Positions 10,423 through 21,548 of a stretch of DNA of 64,000 bases are shown here, piece after piece. Both the position numbers and the translations under genes were made by a program. This DNA comes from Bacteroidia bacterium (GTDB taxonomy: Bacteria > Bacteroidota > Bacteroidia > NS11-12g > UBA9320): contig CBDCFW010000005.1 in NCBI GenBank assembly GCA_965216465.1, positions 96,001 through 160,000 of the forward strand, in the 5' to 3' direction. Within the stretch, counting starts at the first letter, position 1, and every line of letters starts with the position of its first letter. Under the pieces are notes generated by a model. It was not told the origin of the DNA. It saw only the letters and a list, made by a program, of their open reading frames with translations, and searched no databases.

Positions 10423-11118
10423 ATGTTTAACTTTATATTAAAACTAATTGACTCACTCATATGGCCATTGGTCATCGTGGTTGTGATTTGGTTGGTTTTC
10501 TTTTTAAACATACAATACGGTTGGGAGCTTAATCAGTATGGAATGCACCCTAAAAAACTATCAGGTTTGTTAGGAATATTTAGTATGTCATTTCTTCATG
10601 GAGATTTTGATCATCTGTTTTCTAACAGTGTTCCCTTGCTCCTATCTATGGGCTTCATCTTTCTCTACTTCGAAAATCATAAGTACAAAATATTGCTATT
10701 TAACACCCTGTTAACAGGTATATTACTTTGGTTTATGGGAGAACCCGGCTCTAATCACATTGGGGCCAGTGGTTTGGTATATGCATTTATTTTTTTCTTA
10801 GTAACTCATGCGGCAATTACCAAAAACAAAGAAATGGTTGCTGCATCTTTTGTTTTAATTTTTCTCTATGGAAGTTTGATTTACGGTTTGTTTCCAGAAT
10901 ACGGTTTACTAATTGGCAAAAACATTTCTTGGGAAGGGCATTTGGCAGGTGCCATTTCTGGAGTAGTTTTCGCGTTTCTGTTTAGGAATAAAGGTCCACA
11001 AAAGAAAATCTATTTTGAAGACGAGGAAGATGATGATGACGACTTCGATCAATTTGAATACTGGAATCAAGATCAAACCACTATTCACTACTTCTACAAA
11101 GAAAATGAACCTAAATAA
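10423..11118 (+). CDS. Rhomboid-family intramembrane serine protease
   Basis: FLHGDFDHLFSN, HIGASG (catalytic Ser), SWEGHLAG (His). Confidence 0.92.
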   Translation: MFNFILKLIDSLIWPLVIVVVIWLVFFLNIQYGWELNQYGMHPKKLSGLLGIFSMSFLHGDFDHLFSNSVPLLLSMGFIFLYFENHKYKILLFNTLLTGILLWFMGEPGSNHIGASGLVYAFIFFLVTHAAITKNKEMVAASFVLIFLYGSLIYGLFPEYGLLIGKNISWEGHLAGAISGVVFAFLFRNKGPQKKIYFEDEEDDDDDFDQFEYWNQDQTTIHYFYKENEPK

Positions 11119-11131
11119 CTAATTTCGGTTC

Positions 11132-12085
11132 ATGCGATGGGTTATTTCTCTATTCATTATGCTCTCCTCGCTTTATACGTCTTCATGGGGATTTCATGCT
11201 CACAAAGACATTAACTACTATGCTTGTTTCACACTGCCAGTGGAGATGTTTAGTTTTTACAAGCAGCATATAAGCTTGATTAGGGAATGGGCTATTCGTC
11301 CTGATCAAAGAAGATATGTCGTCGAAAACGAAGGAATGAAACACTACCTCGACCTTGACTTTTACGAGCTAAATGTGCCATTAGATACCATTCCGAGACT
11401 CTACGATTCTGCAGTAGCTAGATTTAGTGAAGAAAAAGTTCACCAACATGGAATTGCTCCTTGGAACATCATGTGGATGAAGCACAAGCTCACTGCTGCC
11501 TTTGAAGAATCAGACGCTTTACAAATCGTGAAGCTAAGTGCAGATCTAGGACACTATGTCGCCGACGTGCACGTTCCCCTCCACACCACAACAAACTACA
11601 ACGGTCAGTTTACCAATCAAAAAGGAATTCATGGTTTATGGGAAAGTAGACTACCTGAACTTTTCGCCGAAAATTACAACTTTGGATTAAGTAATGCGGT
11701 GTATTTAGATAATCCACAATCTGCCATATGGCAAACGATTGAAGCAAGTTATGCTGCAAAGGATTCAGTGCTTCTGTTGGAAAAGAAAGTAACCGAAAAT
11801 ACCGTACCTAAATACAGCTTCGAGAACAGAGGTAAATCTGTTCGTAAGGTTTACAGCAGTACATTCTCACAGGCTTACCATCAGGCCCTAAACAAAATGG
11901 TTGAAAGGCGTATGCAACGAGCAATTCAAATGGTTGGAAATTTTTGGTACACGTGCTGGGTAGATGCAGGTCAACCAATTTTAGAAGTCAATGTCAATAA
12001 AAAAGTCGAGGACAACATTTCGTCACTCGACTCTTTTACTAAATATCATATTGATTCATCGAATCAACGAAAGCACCTTCACTAA
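11132..12085 (+). CDS. S1/P1 nuclease / zinc-dependent phospholipase C family protein
   Basis: Signal peptide followed by WGFHAH; GHYVADVHVPLH; IHGLWES. Confidence 0.85.
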   Translation: MRWVISLFIMLSSLYTSSWGFHAHKDINYYACFTLPVEMFSFYKQHISLIREWAIRPDQRRYVVENEGMKHYLDLDFYELNVPLDTIPRLYDSAVARFSEEKVHQHGIAPWNIMWMKHKLTAAFEESDALQIVKLSADLGHYVADVHVPLHTTTNYNGQFTNQKGIHGLWESRLPELFAENYNFGLSNAVYLDNPQSAIWQTIEASYAAKDSVLLLEKKVTENTVPKYSFENRGKSVRKVYSSTFSQAYHQALNKMVERRMQRAIQMVGNFWYTCWVDAGQPILEVNVNKKVEDNISSLDSFTKYHIDSSNQRKHLH

Positions 12086-14664
12086 TGTTTATGAATCTTG
12101 AAGGAATATTCTTGATCATCAAAATTGACTTTCAGCATATAAATACCTTGCTCTATGTCTTTAATATCAAGCGTTGATTGAGGTCCTTTTAAAGGATATG
12201 ACCCAACTTTTTGTCCTGTGAGTGAGAATATTTCGACCACACCTGAACGACCCAATTTGTCGGAAATAGTGATAAAGTCTTCAACTGGATTTGGGAATAC
12301 CCGAATTCCAGAATTCTCTATATCTTCAACTGAGCTAAATACAGGAAGTGAAAGAACTTCTACTGAATCACTTACACAATTATTATCACTGGTAACTTCT
12401 AAGGTCACAAACACATCTTCGCCTTCTTTAGCAGCATAATCATGGGTTGGTATAATTGAATTGTCAATAGCACTTCCATCACCAAAATCCCAAGCGTAGG
12501 TCGAAAATGAAGTTAAGGTTGGTGTAAATGTATAAACTGAACCTGCTCTGCTATAAGAGAATGAAGCGTCAGACGGCCCTTCTATTTTTACCAACTCAAC
12601 TTCAGAGGTATCTACACAAACGCCGTTGGTTACAATCACATAAATACTATCGGCATTGCTCATCGTTATACTTGAATATGAATTCGACGAACCAGACTGA
12701 ACAAGCGTCCCATTGAGGTAAAAATCAAAGGTTTCAATGGTGTCATTCGCTGAATATGTAACTGTTTCTCCTTCACAATACGCTCCAAACTTGTCACTCT
12801 TAAGGTCTATGTTTAGAATACGGTCAACAATAACCGGCATTTCAAGCTCATTTGCTGGGCACGCTAAATGATTTGAGTCGTACACTGAAACAACATAGGT
12901 ATTGGTAATTGAAGGATTGAAACTGAAGATAGTATCCTTGAAGGCTCCACCCCCATCTATGGTAAGACCATAATTGGTTCCTGAAAGACCATTTACCTCT
13001 ACATTTAACAGTTCACCATGGCACAAGCGATCATTAAATTTAACCGTAGCTTCTAGCAAAGAACATGTGTCAGTAATGCAAGTAAGTTTTGCTGTTGCAC
13101 TGCTAAAACATGGTGCTCCGTCAAGTGCTCTAACCCACAACTCGATACTATCATTAGGATCTTGATCAAGCATATCATGATAAGAGCCGTTTTGGCCACT
13201 ACTTGGGAACGACCAACTTAATCCGTTGTTGGTACTAACCTGGAAACCGTCATGAAATCCTGAACCGTCCCATTCGAAACGTACACTTGTCGATGTTTGA
13301 TTTTTACATGCAACAACAGGTGCCGCCAAACGAGGAGAACCTACAACATCATAATGTGCACTATCCGAAAAACAACCATTGTTATCCTTCACCAAGCCTG
13401 TAAATCTTGCCGTGCTAAAGAAGTTTGTACTCGCGGTATTTGCTGTTGACTTATCAACCAAAGTATCGTTTCTAAAATAGAAAAACGAATCGGCGTTTGC
13501 ACCTGAAGTCATACTCAAATTAATGATGCTATTGTCACAACTTGAATCACCGAATTGAGCTGCTCCGCTTGTAAGGGTAGCTGTTTCCTTTGGATGATAT
13601 TGAACGGTAATCAAATTACTTCGTTTGCTACATCCATTTGATGATATTGCATCAACGTAGTAAACTGCTGTATCTTTTGCATAAATAGAAGTTCCTGTTT
13701 CTCCGGTACTCCATACATAAGTATTTCCGGACTGTGCAGCGACCTCAAGTTTAACAGAGTCTCCATCACATATGGTTCGCGTTGGTGTTCCAAAAACGAA
13801 AGAAGATGGCCCCGGTTGAACATCTAATTCTACAGTATCCGGTAATGAGCTTCCTTTTGCATTCTTAACAACCAGAATTGCTCTTTTAACTCCTGTAGAG
13901 ATGTAATTAACATTTGGATTTTGACTGTTAGACGCAGACGGAGATCCACCAGTAAGCGTCCAATGATAACTGGTTGGATTATTTGTTCCAGATCCTAAAA
14001 GTCCAACATTGGTAAATTGGCACGGTGTTGAATCGGCCGCCGCCGCTGTCGCAACTGGCAATAAAGTCGATGGAGCGATTTTAAATTCTCTTGCTATAAT
14101 AATATCTCCTCCTGTACCAGACCCATTAGCAGAGTTAATTATAGAATAGAAGGTTACGGTATCTACGTTGGTTGAAGGAGCGGTCCAATCAAAAGTCCAA
14201 CTAATTGAATCGGTTCCTGAATTTCCGCTTGAAGTATGACGTACGTAGCTTCTGGTTGCCCCAGAAATTGTTGCAGAGGTGGTGCTTGTACGCGTCGTTG
14301 AGTTACTAAAACTTCCGGCCATACCATTACTTGGGTTTAAGCAGGTAAGCTGAAAACCAAACTTTGACTTTCCAGAATGCACGTACTTCAGTGTAATGGA
14401 ATAAGTTGAATCTGGGATATACCCGTTTCCAGTAAAGTTCGATGTGAGCGAAATGTTGCTGTAGTAAGTTGATGTTTGTGTTTGTAGCGTTCCGGAGTGG
14501 CAAGATGTACAATTGTTTTCTCCAGGAGCGTTAGTATATCCTCCAGGAGCTCCACCGCTGTTGGTAAGAGACACCGTGGATATTCCAACCATGGCCATAA
14601 TTACTATACTCGTCAGAAAGCGCTTTGGAGTAATAGGTAAATTCATATGTGTTAGGTATTTCAA
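12082..14664 (-). CDS. T9SS cargo with N-terminal Reeler/choice-of-anchor-V-like domain, PKD domains and CTD
   Basis: APGENNCTSCH; WTAPST; WDFGDG PKD motif; VFPNPVED...QGIYMLKV CTD. Confidence 0.8.
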   Translation of the reverse strand: MKYLTHMNLPITPKRFLTSIVIMAMVGISTVSLTNSGGAPGGYTNAPGENNCTSCHSGTLQTQTSTYYSNISLTSNFTGNGYIPDSTYSITLKYVHSGKSKFGFQLTCLNPSNGMAGSFSNSTTRTSTTSATISGATRSYVRHTSSGNSGTDSISWTFDWTAPSTNVDTVTFYSIINSANGSGTGGDIIIAREFKIAPSTLLPVATAAAADSTPCQFTNVGLLGSGTNNPTSYHWTLTGGSPSASNSQNPNVNYISTGVKRAILVVKNAKGSSLPDTVELDVQPGPSSFVFGTPTRTICDGDSVKLEVAAQSGNTYVWSTGETGTSIYAKDTAVYYVDAISSNGCSKRSNLITVQYHPKETATLTSGAAQFGDSSCDNSIINLSMTSGANADSFFYFRNDTLVDKSTANTASTNFFSTARFTGLVKDNNGCFSDSAHYDVVGSPRLAAPVVACKNQTSTSVRFEWDGSGFHDGFQVSTNNGLSWSFPSSGQNGSYHDMLDQDPNDSIELWVRALDGAPCFSSATAKLTCITDTCSLLEATVKFNDRLCHGELLNVEVNGLSGTNYGLTIDGGGAFKDTIFSFNPSITNTYVVSVYDSNHLACPANELEMPVIVDRILNIDLKSDKFGAYCEGETVTYSANDTIETFDFYLNGTLVQSGSSNSYSSITMSNADSIYVIVTNGVCVDTSEVELVKIEGPSDASFSYSRAGSVYTFTPTLTSFSTYAWDFGDGSAIDNSIIPTHDYAAKEGEDVFVTLEVTSDNNCVSDSVEVLSLPVFSSVEDIENSGIRVFPNPVEDFITISDKLGRSGVVEIFSLTGQKVGSYPLKGPQSTLDIKDIEQGIYMLKVNFDDQEYSFKIHKH

Positions 14665-14716
14665 AAATTATAAATTCTATTCGGTTATTGATAAGTTCAA
14701 ATTGAGAATGACTTTC

Positions 14717-15592
14717 TTATGACTTCTTTTGATTCGCTCGAACTATTTTTTCTAAAAAGTCCCACTCCTCTTGCGTTATGGCCTCCATTTGATTGAATTG
14801 CCCAGCACCTTGCAGCCATTCACCGCCATCAATGGTAACTACTTCACCATTAATATAAGACGAAAAGTCAGATACTAAGTACGCTGCCAAATTCGCTAAT
14901 TCTTGATGGTCGCCTACTCTTTTTAAAGGTATACGTTGTTCTAAATTGACTTTGCTTGACATTTCTATAGGAAACAAACGATCCCATGCACCTTTGGTAG
15001 GAAAAGGCCCCGGAGCAATTGCATTGTGTCGCATACCATACTTTGCCCATTCAACGGCTAATGATCGAGTCATAGCAAGCACACCTGCCTTTGCTGTTGC
15101 AGATGGCACAACATATCCACTGCCGGTCCAAGAATAGGTTGTAACAATGTTAAGTACCGTTCCTTTGATGTTGTTTTTAATCCAGTACTTCCCACAACTC
15201 AAGGTGCAGTTTTTACTCCCTTTGAGCACAATATCTATAATGATGTCAAACGCACGATGACTTAATCGTTCTGTTGGACTGATAAAATTACCCGCAGCGT
15301 TATTCACCAAAACATTTACTTCACCAAAATGATCTACAATCTGTCTCAAAGCTCCTTCTACCTCTCCCGATTCACGAACGTCACAGGGAACAGCCAATAC
15401 ATTTTCTTTTGAAATCTCTTCTTGTGCTGCGATTAATTTCTCTTCTGTTCTTCCAGAAATGGCCACCTTTGCTCCAATAGAAACAAAGTACTTCACCATA
15501 GATTTACCTAATCCACTTCCTCCTCCTGTTACCCAAATAATTTTGCCCTGAAGAGCATCTTCTTTAAGCATCGATTGTGTATAATCTGCCAT
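14717..15592 (-). CDS. SDR-family oxidoreductase (2,4-dienoyl-CoA reductase-like)
   Basis: TGGGSGLG, NNAAGNFISP, AIAPGPFPT and IDGGEWL motifs. Confidence 0.9.
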   Translation of the reverse strand: MADYTQSMLKEDALQGKIIWVTGGGSGLGKSMVKYFVSIGAKVAISGRTEEKLIAAQEEISKENVLAVPCDVRESGEVEGALRQIVDHFGEVNVLVNNAAGNFISPTERLSHRAFDIIIDIVLKGSKNCTLSCGKYWIKNNIKGTVLNIVTTYSWTGSGYVVPSATAKAGVLAMTRSLAVEWAKYGMRHNAIAPGPFPTKGAWDRLFPIEMSSKVNLEQRIPLKRVGDHQELANLAAYLVSDFSSYINGEVVTIDGGEWLQGAGQFNQMEAITQEEWDFLEKIVRANQKKS

Positions 15593-15652
15593 ACGAGCAA
15601 ATGTAAGAAACGTATTGAACCAATTTTATGATGCTAACTAAATGTTGATTTC

Positions 15653-17113
15653 CTATCTCTTAACAGAGTGATCCATTAAGTTGGTGATGAGCACAGTTTG
15701 AGCTTCCTCTTCATTTTTGATTCGGATAAAGCTACCATTTCCTCGTCTTGCCAATTCCTCCATAAAGCCAAGAGCCTTCATTCCATGGCCAAATCCAATA
15801 GTTGAAAGGCGAACATCAGTCTCTTTATTGTGCATGGTTACTTGTCTGAATACTTTACGTTCAGAAAAGTTTTTAGAATTAAACACACCATCGCTTGAAA
15901 GAATAATTTCGTTGTTACCATCTGGAATAAAATTGGCTTCAGCTATTTCGAATGCCATATCCAATCCTTCTTTTCCGTAAGAATGTCCTTTTGCTTCTAA
16001 CTTGCTAATAGCAGACTTCAACTCATCCTTGTCGGCTCCTGATTTATTTTGAAGAATAACCTTCGCTTCGGTCGAATAAACAATTATTGTTACCTTGTCT
16101 TCCGGTCTCAAAACGTCAATCATCTGATTCATACTGTACTTCAAAAGTGGTAGCTTGTCTTCATGACGCATACTTCCTGAAATATCAATCAAGAATACAA
16201 TATGGTTGAATTTGAACAAGGTTGAGCTCAGCTTACCATCATCATCAAATGTCGCGGTGTCAGTTATAACAATTTTCTCTATAATCTCTTCTTCAGGATT
16301 TCGATCTTGTCCGCTATCAGGCTCTGGATCAAGAATAATTTCTGGCGTATAAACAATTTCTGGAGTTGTGGATTCTTCTGAAATTTCAGGTTCTTCCATT
16401 TCTTCAGGATCTGGCTCTGTTTCAGTAAAGACATAAACTTCGCCAATTTCTGGCTCTTCTCGCTCAAGCTCAACAATGGTCACAGGTGACCTGCTGGAGA
16501 TGTAAACCTCCGTATTGGCAATTTTATAATCTTCTTTATCAACCTCAATACGGTACAAATCGGGTTTATCACGACGCAGTCGTATATAAGAATCGTTGCT
16601 ATAAATATGCTCTTGGCTTGAGTTGGTAATTAATTCAAGATCGAAATCATTGAGGCTCTCGCCGGTTTCTTTATCAATAACCCGAATGGTATGCGTAAAT
16701 GATTTTCCAAGTCGCAGGTCGCTGTTATCAATCCTTGGACATACCGTTAAGGCATCAGGATGAAAGCTCACAATTTTACCGCTGATGTTAAATTGAATAG
16801 GTTCAGCAAGCGTGTTAATGTAAAGTTCAACTTGTTCGTCGAATTTTCCGAACTCCTCTGTAAAGTATTGAATACGGATTGTAGTCGATTCACCCGGTTG
16901 GAGCTTTTCCTTGTCTACACCAATTTTAAAACTACTGCTATAGGCCGTAGGTAAGAACAATTGAACTTTAGAACTAGTATTTGTGTATACCGTTTCAAAC
17001 ACGGGATTGTTCCAGTACTTCACTTTACCATAGTTATGGCTGCTTTGTGCTACTCGCTGTCCGAATACAGCAAGTTCTGTAAAAACCCATATGGCAAATA
17101 GTATAACACGCAT
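15653..17113 (-). CDS. Secreted vWA-domain protein with N-terminal Ig-like (DUF1573-like) domain
   Basis: Signal peptide; Pro/Glu-rich linker; MIDAS motif LIDISGSM; ILSSDGVFN. Confidence 0.8.
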   Translation of the reverse strand: MRVILFAIWVFTELAVFGQRVAQSSHNYGKVKYWNNPVFETVYTNTSSKVQLFLPTAYSSSFKIGVDKEKLQPGESTTIRIQYFTEEFGKFDEQVELYINTLAEPIQFNISGKIVSFHPDALTVCPRIDNSDLRLGKSFTHTIRVIDKETGESLNDFDLELITNSSQEHIYSNDSYIRLRRDKPDLYRIEVDKEDYKIANTEVYISSRSPVTIVELEREEPEIGEVYVFTETEPDPEEMEEPEISEESTTPEIVYTPEIILDPEPDSGQDRNPEEEIIEKIVITDTATFDDDGKLSSTLFKFNHIVFLIDISGSMRHEDKLPLLKYSMNQMIDVLRPEDKVTIIVYSTEAKVILQNKSGADKDELKSAISKLEAKGHSYGKEGLDMAFEIAEANFIPDGNNEIILSSDGVFNSKNFSERKVFRQVTMHNKETDVRLSTIGFGHGMKALGFMEELARRGNGSFIRIKNEEEAQTVLITNLMDHSVKR

Positions 17114-17224
17114 AAAATAGACTAACGCTTTTTTCGTTTATTAATTTTATACAACAATACCTATACCATTGCAAAAAGCATTAAAATTGACCCAATTACA
17201 TTAGCCTCCTTAAATTAGTCCCCT

Positions 17225-18112
17225 TTGGTTAACTATTACAAAATATTAGGCATAGAGAATTATGCAACACTTGAGCAGGTAAAAGTGGCTTACAAAAACA
17301 AGATCAGACTTTATCACCCCGATCTTAACCCTAGCCCTGATGCTGCTGAAATTGCCAAACATCTTAATGTTGCCAAGGAAGCTTTAGAAACTCCTGAAAA
17401 GAAATTAGCCTACGACAAACAGCTTAAGTATGCTTACCTATTAGAAATACAACGGTTAAAAAGTAAGCCAAAAAAAAGCTATTGGCAGAGCCTATCGCGA
17501 AGAGAGCGAAAGGCTAAAATGGAAGAAGCAAAGAAGTTAAAAGTAAAAAAACAATACGAGGAAAGCTTAACACGGTTTCCACTTAAGCTTAGAATCTTTG
17601 GCTTGATTGTAATTATTGCTTGGGGCCTGCAAATCTTCTACACGCATTATTTTGTTTTATATGGAACCACCGATATGGTTTACAACCTATTAGGGCTCAC
17701 ACTATTTGCCACGGGTGTTGGAATTGCAACCAATCAGATTTACACCCATTACATGGTGAAGTCAATTAAACAAGCATTACGATTTCACTACGAAAAGTTT
17801 GCCACTTGGTTTTTTGTTTTAAGTCTTATAGTGGGACCTGCTAGTGTAAGCTTACTCAATCAAGTACGAAAGAATTATTTGCTAAACAATCACTATGAAG
17901 TATACGAAGCTCGTGTAGAAATTGACAAATCTAATTTTGACTATGTGATTGTTTCTTACAATATAGATGGTAAGCATTACGACAAAAGACTCGAATATCC
18001 ATCTATGGACATCATCTATAATAACAAAAAAAGTCTGACGATTAAATATGCTTCTTCCGACCCCAGAATAGCCGAAATAGTTGAGCAGCCTTATATTAAA
18101 TCTTCAAGATAA
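17225..18112 (+). CDS. J-domain (DnaJ-like) membrane protein
   Basis: NYYKILG...YHPDLN J-domain followed by three TM segments. Confidence 0.8.
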   Translation: MVNYYKILGIENYATLEQVKVAYKNKIRLYHPDLNPSPDAAEIAKHLNVAKEALETPEKKLAYDKQLKYAYLLEIQRLKSKPKKSYWQSLSRRERKAKMEEAKKLKVKKQYEESLTRFPLKLRIFGLIVIIAWGLQIFYTHYFVLYGTTDMVYNLLGLTLFATGVGIATNQIYTHYMVKSIKQALRFHYEKFATWFFVLSLIVGPASVSLLNQVRKNYLLNNHYEVYEARVEIDKSNFDYVIVSYNIDGKHYDKRLEYPSMDIIYNNKKSLTIKYASSDPRIAEIVEQPYIKSSR

Positions 18113-20588
18113 ATCGAAGATTTAACCTTCTACCTGTCAAGTAATTAGGCACACCATACACGTTATTGGAGAAGTCTTTAACCAGCACATATGAAATGGT
18201 ATTATTTACTTGCAGTAAGTTAAATATTTCTAGACTCATCCATAGAGAGTTTGCGTCTTTCAACCATTCCGGTCTTTTTTTGGTGTCTTGGTCGATTAAC
18301 ACCTTCGAAAATCCTATATCTACTCTTCGGTAAGCCGGAATTGTAAAGCCTTCTTTATGGCGGTTATTTCCATCGAAAAAGAATGGAACACGAGAGCCAT
18401 AAACCAAGCTTAAATTCATTTTATAGCTAGGATTTTGGGGCAACTCATCTTGGAACATGATTGAGAAATTAACGCGTTGATCTGTAGGTCTTCTAAGCCA
18501 ATCGCTTAATTGTTCATTTCCAGCTTCATCTGTGTAGTACAGTCGCTCCTTTGTCTGCAGAAGTGAGAAATTAAACCAGCTTTCAACACCTTCAATAAAC
18601 TCTCCATTCACCCTTGCATCAAATCCAGCAGCATAACCTTTTGAAGAATTATCAGCTAAGTATCGAATTCTTACGTTGTCAACCACATAGGGAATCATAC
18701 GATCTAAATCTTTATAATACACCTCGCTAATGAACTTAAATGGACGATTCCATGCCTTAAAATTCATGTCACCGCCTAAAACAAAATGAATCGATTTTTG
18801 AGCTCTAATATCGGGGTTCAATTGACCATCTAAACCTCTGAGCTCTCTATAAAATGGCGGTTGGTAGTAATATCCTGCTGCGAACTTCACAACCCAATCG
18901 CGTTTGTACATCGAATCGTGCTTTAGGGTGTCTGCAATAGCTCTAATACTATCATTAAACGGCTTGTTTGGTTTTACGGAGAGTTGTACTCTTGGACTCA
19001 AAACGGTTTCGCCGTTATAGCTCCAATAATTGGCACGCAAGCCATAAGTCGTTCTAAAATCATAGGCATCATTCAAGCGTTGGTTGTTTTGAATATACCC
19101 CATGGTCCTGAACGTTTGAAGATCAACACTTGCCTTTAAGAACTCGTCAAGAACAATGGCATTTTTTAAGCTCGTGTCGGTCGTCGTGCTAATATTATAT
19201 TGACTGCTATCGTTATATCTCCATTCTTTAAGATTATCTGTTATTGTTTCGTTGGTGTAGCGAACGCCCCAGCTTGTTGTAGCCTTCTCCCCGAAGTACT
19301 TTCCTTTAAAAGATGCGGTATACACATTTGCACTTAAATCATTTCGTGCGTGGTCAATAAAGTAGCCCAACCCAAGAATTCTCTTAACATTAGCAAAATC
19401 ATTTGAACCTAGATTTGTTTCAAGTTCAGAAAGACGGTAAGCTCCTTCTACAGTAAAATGCTCTCTTTCAGTAGTGTTGTAGGCAGAAGTATTTAGCCTT
19501 AAATCTAATCTATCGGTAGGTTTATAAACCAAGCTTAATCCGTTCATAAGCGTGGTGTACTGCATCAACTCTTGGCCTCCAAATGCAATATTCAGACTGA
19601 GAGCGCTATTAATATTCCCAAAACTTGTTCTTCTTGATTGTGGTACTACGAGATATCTATTCTGCGAGGCAGTAGAAAGAAGCGACAAACTTAAATCAGA
19701 ACTAAATCTGTATTTCAACAAGGCTTGAATGTCATAAAATCGCGGCTTGTAATCTCCTTGTACATCAAGGCTTCCTAACAAATATTGATTTGTACGGTAC
19801 CGTGCACCGAATAAATAGGTGAAACGCTCTCCGACTTTATCTTCGGCGTGAAAATTCACACCAAGCAAGCTGGCCTGAACGGTTGACGAAAACGAGTCGG
19901 CCTCTCGATACTTAATGTCTAGTACTGATGAAAGTTTATCTCCATATTTAGCTTGAAACCCACCGGCGGAGAACTCAACATAATCTACCAAGTCGGGATT
20001 GATCACACTCAGACCTTCTTGTTGACCGCTTCGAACTAGGAAAGGACGATACACTTCTATATCATTAATGTATACCAGATTCTCATCGAAGTTTCCTCCT
20101 CTAACACTGTAACCAGAAGACAATTCTCCTCCTGCCGTGCTGATGCCAATAGCCGTAATTTTTAAATTTGTCTCAAAACCACCTGTATTAGCAAATCTTT
20201 CAAGCTTTTTAGGTTCTATTCTGATAACTGAAGGATACTCTCTAACCTTCTCACCAGTAACAACAGCACCTCTAATAACCGTGGTATAATCTAAGCTTAT
20301 ATCAAGTCGAACAACTTCACCTGGTTTTACCTTGCCGACTGTGTGTTGTACAGCTGCTTTGGTATAACTGACCTGAACTGTAAATACCTCATTCGCAGGT
20401 ATCGCAATCGCGTACGAGCCGTTCATAATGCTATATGTTGTGTTGCCCGTCTCTTTGATCTTTATAAATGCATTGTTTATCGGGTAGTTATTCTTGTCGT
20501 AAACCGTTCCTTTAAGAATTGCTGTATTTTGAGCAAAACCTACGCAAGCCGCAAATACGAATAGATATGATAGTAAAGCAGATTTCAA
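18096..20588 (-). CDS. TonB-dependent-receptor-like outer membrane protein with N-terminal carboxypeptidase-regulatory-like domain
   Basis: YSVRGGNFDENLVYIND and FSAGGFQAKYGDKLSSVLDI plug motifs; beta-barrel-like C-terminus. Confidence 0.85.
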   Translation of the reverse strand: MKSALLSYLFVFAACVGFAQNTAILKGTVYDKNNYPINNAFIKIKETGNTTYSIMNGSYAIAIPANEVFTVQVSYTKAAVQHTVGKVKPGEVVRLDISLDYTTVIRGAVVTGEKVREYPSVIRIEPKKLERFANTGGFETNLKITAIGISTAGGELSSGYSVRGGNFDENLVYINDIEVYRPFLVRSGQQEGLSVINPDLVDYVEFSAGGFQAKYGDKLSSVLDIKYREADSFSSTVQASLLGVNFHAEDKVGERFTYLFGARYRTNQYLLGSLDVQGDYKPRFYDIQALLKYRFSSDLSLSLLSTASQNRYLVVPQSRRTSFGNINSALSLNIAFGGQELMQYTTLMNGLSLVYKPTDRLDLRLNTSAYNTTEREHFTVEGAYRLSELETNLGSNDFANVKRILGLGYFIDHARNDLSANVYTASFKGKYFGEKATTSWGVRYTNETITDNLKEWRYNDSSQYNISTTTDTSLKNAIVLDEFLKASVDLQTFRTMGYIQNNQRLNDAYDFRTTYGLRANYWSYNGETVLSPRVQLSVKPNKPFNDSIRAIADTLKHDSMYKRDWVVKFAAGYYYQPPFYRELRGLDGQLNPDIRAQKSIHFVLGGDMNFKAWNRPFKFISEVYYKDLDRMIPYVVDNVRIRYLADNSSKGYAAGFDARVNGEFIEGVESWFNFSLLQTKERLYYTDEAGNEQLSDWLRRPTDQRVNFSIMFQDELPQNPSYKMNLSLVYGSRVPFFFDGNNRHKEGFTIPAYRRVDIGFSKVLIDQDTKKRPEWLKDANSLWMSLEIFNLLQVNNTISYVLVKDFSNNVYGVPNYLTGRRLNLRFILKI

Positions 20589-20615
20589 AAAAATAGTAAC
20601 GCAGTTGTTTCTATA

Positions 20616-21263
20616 CTATTGTTTCAGTGCTAAAATAGTCTCTTGAGGATTTGAAGAACTGAACACCGTGTTTCCTGCGACTAGTACGTTAGCACCACAT
20701 TCAAGCAGTTTTTGATAGTTCTCCAAATTAACCCCTCCATCTACTTCAATATGAGGAGTATGATTTTTCATTTCTGAGATGTTCTTCAATTGCTGCAATT
20801 TAGCGTAGGTGTTTTCAATAAATGACTGGCCCCCAAATCCAGGATTCACACTCATAACACAAATTAGATCGATTTCTTTATAAACTTCATTTAGCAAGTG
20901 AACCGGGGTGTGAGGATTTATTGCAACCCCTGCCATTGCTCCAGCATCTTTAATAGCAGCTAATGTTCTATGCAAGTGAGTGCATGCTTCATAATGCACT
21001 GTGATTACTTCAGCTCCAGCATCTGCAAATTGTTGAATATAACGATCAGGCTCAACGATCATTAGATGTACGTCAAGCGGTTTCTGAGCATATTTCTTAA
21101 GGGTTTTCATTACAGGAAAGCCAAATGAAATATTCGGCACAAAAACACCGTCCATTACATCTACATGAAACCAATCGGCCTCACTGTCGTTTATCATCTC
21201 AATATCTTTTCTTAAATCACCAAAATCTGCTGACAGAATGGATGGAGCTACTTTATGAATCAT
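20616..21263 (-). CDS. rpe: Ribulose-phosphate 3-epimerase
   Basis: APSILSADF, HVDVMDGVFVPNISFG, MSVNPGFGGQ, EVDGG. Confidence 0.97.
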   Translation of the reverse strand: MIHKVAPSILSADFGDLRKDIEMINDSEADWFHVDVMDGVFVPNISFGFPVMKTLKKYAQKPLDVHLMIVEPDRYIQQFADAGAEVITVHYEACTHLHRTLAAIKDAGAMAGVAINPHTPVHLLNEVYKEIDLICVMSVNPGFGGQSFIENTYAKLQQLKNISEMKNHTPHIEVDGGVNLENYQKLLECGANVLVAGNTVFSSSNPQETILALKQ

Positions 21264-21548
21264 TTAATAAAATTTTATGTCTTTGATTAATTCCTTTTGT
21301 GCAAATTTATTTACCTTTTCTATAAGCACTAATTTATGATATCTTAATTCGTTTTTTAGTGGTGCTGAGGTTAAAGTAAGATGTAAAATCTGATTATTGA
21401 TAAACACTTTTGAAGTCTTTTGTGCGATAACCTTTCCTACTATTTGTTCCCAACTGTTAACCACACCTATTTCATCATATTTATCGCCAAGTTTATACGA
21501 CTTGAACAGGCTCTTAACCAGATCTTTGAATGATTTCTCGTCTTCCAC
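21264..21548 (-). CDS. DUF721 / DciA-family protein
   Basis: WEQIVG..IA..T and SAPLKNEL motifs; located directly downstream of recF. Confidence 0.8.
   Translation of the reverse strand: MEDEKSFKDLVKSLFKSYKLGDKYDEIGVVNSWEQIVGKVIAQKTSKVFINNQILHLTLTSAPLKNELRYHKLVLIEKVNKFAQKELIKDIKFY

Noticed and set aside
14480-14530. Single CTSCH motif in the T9SS cargo as a cytochrome c site
   Set aside because: The motif appears to be part of the N-terminal Reeler/choice-of-anchor-V-like domain, and nothing else indicates a cytochrome.
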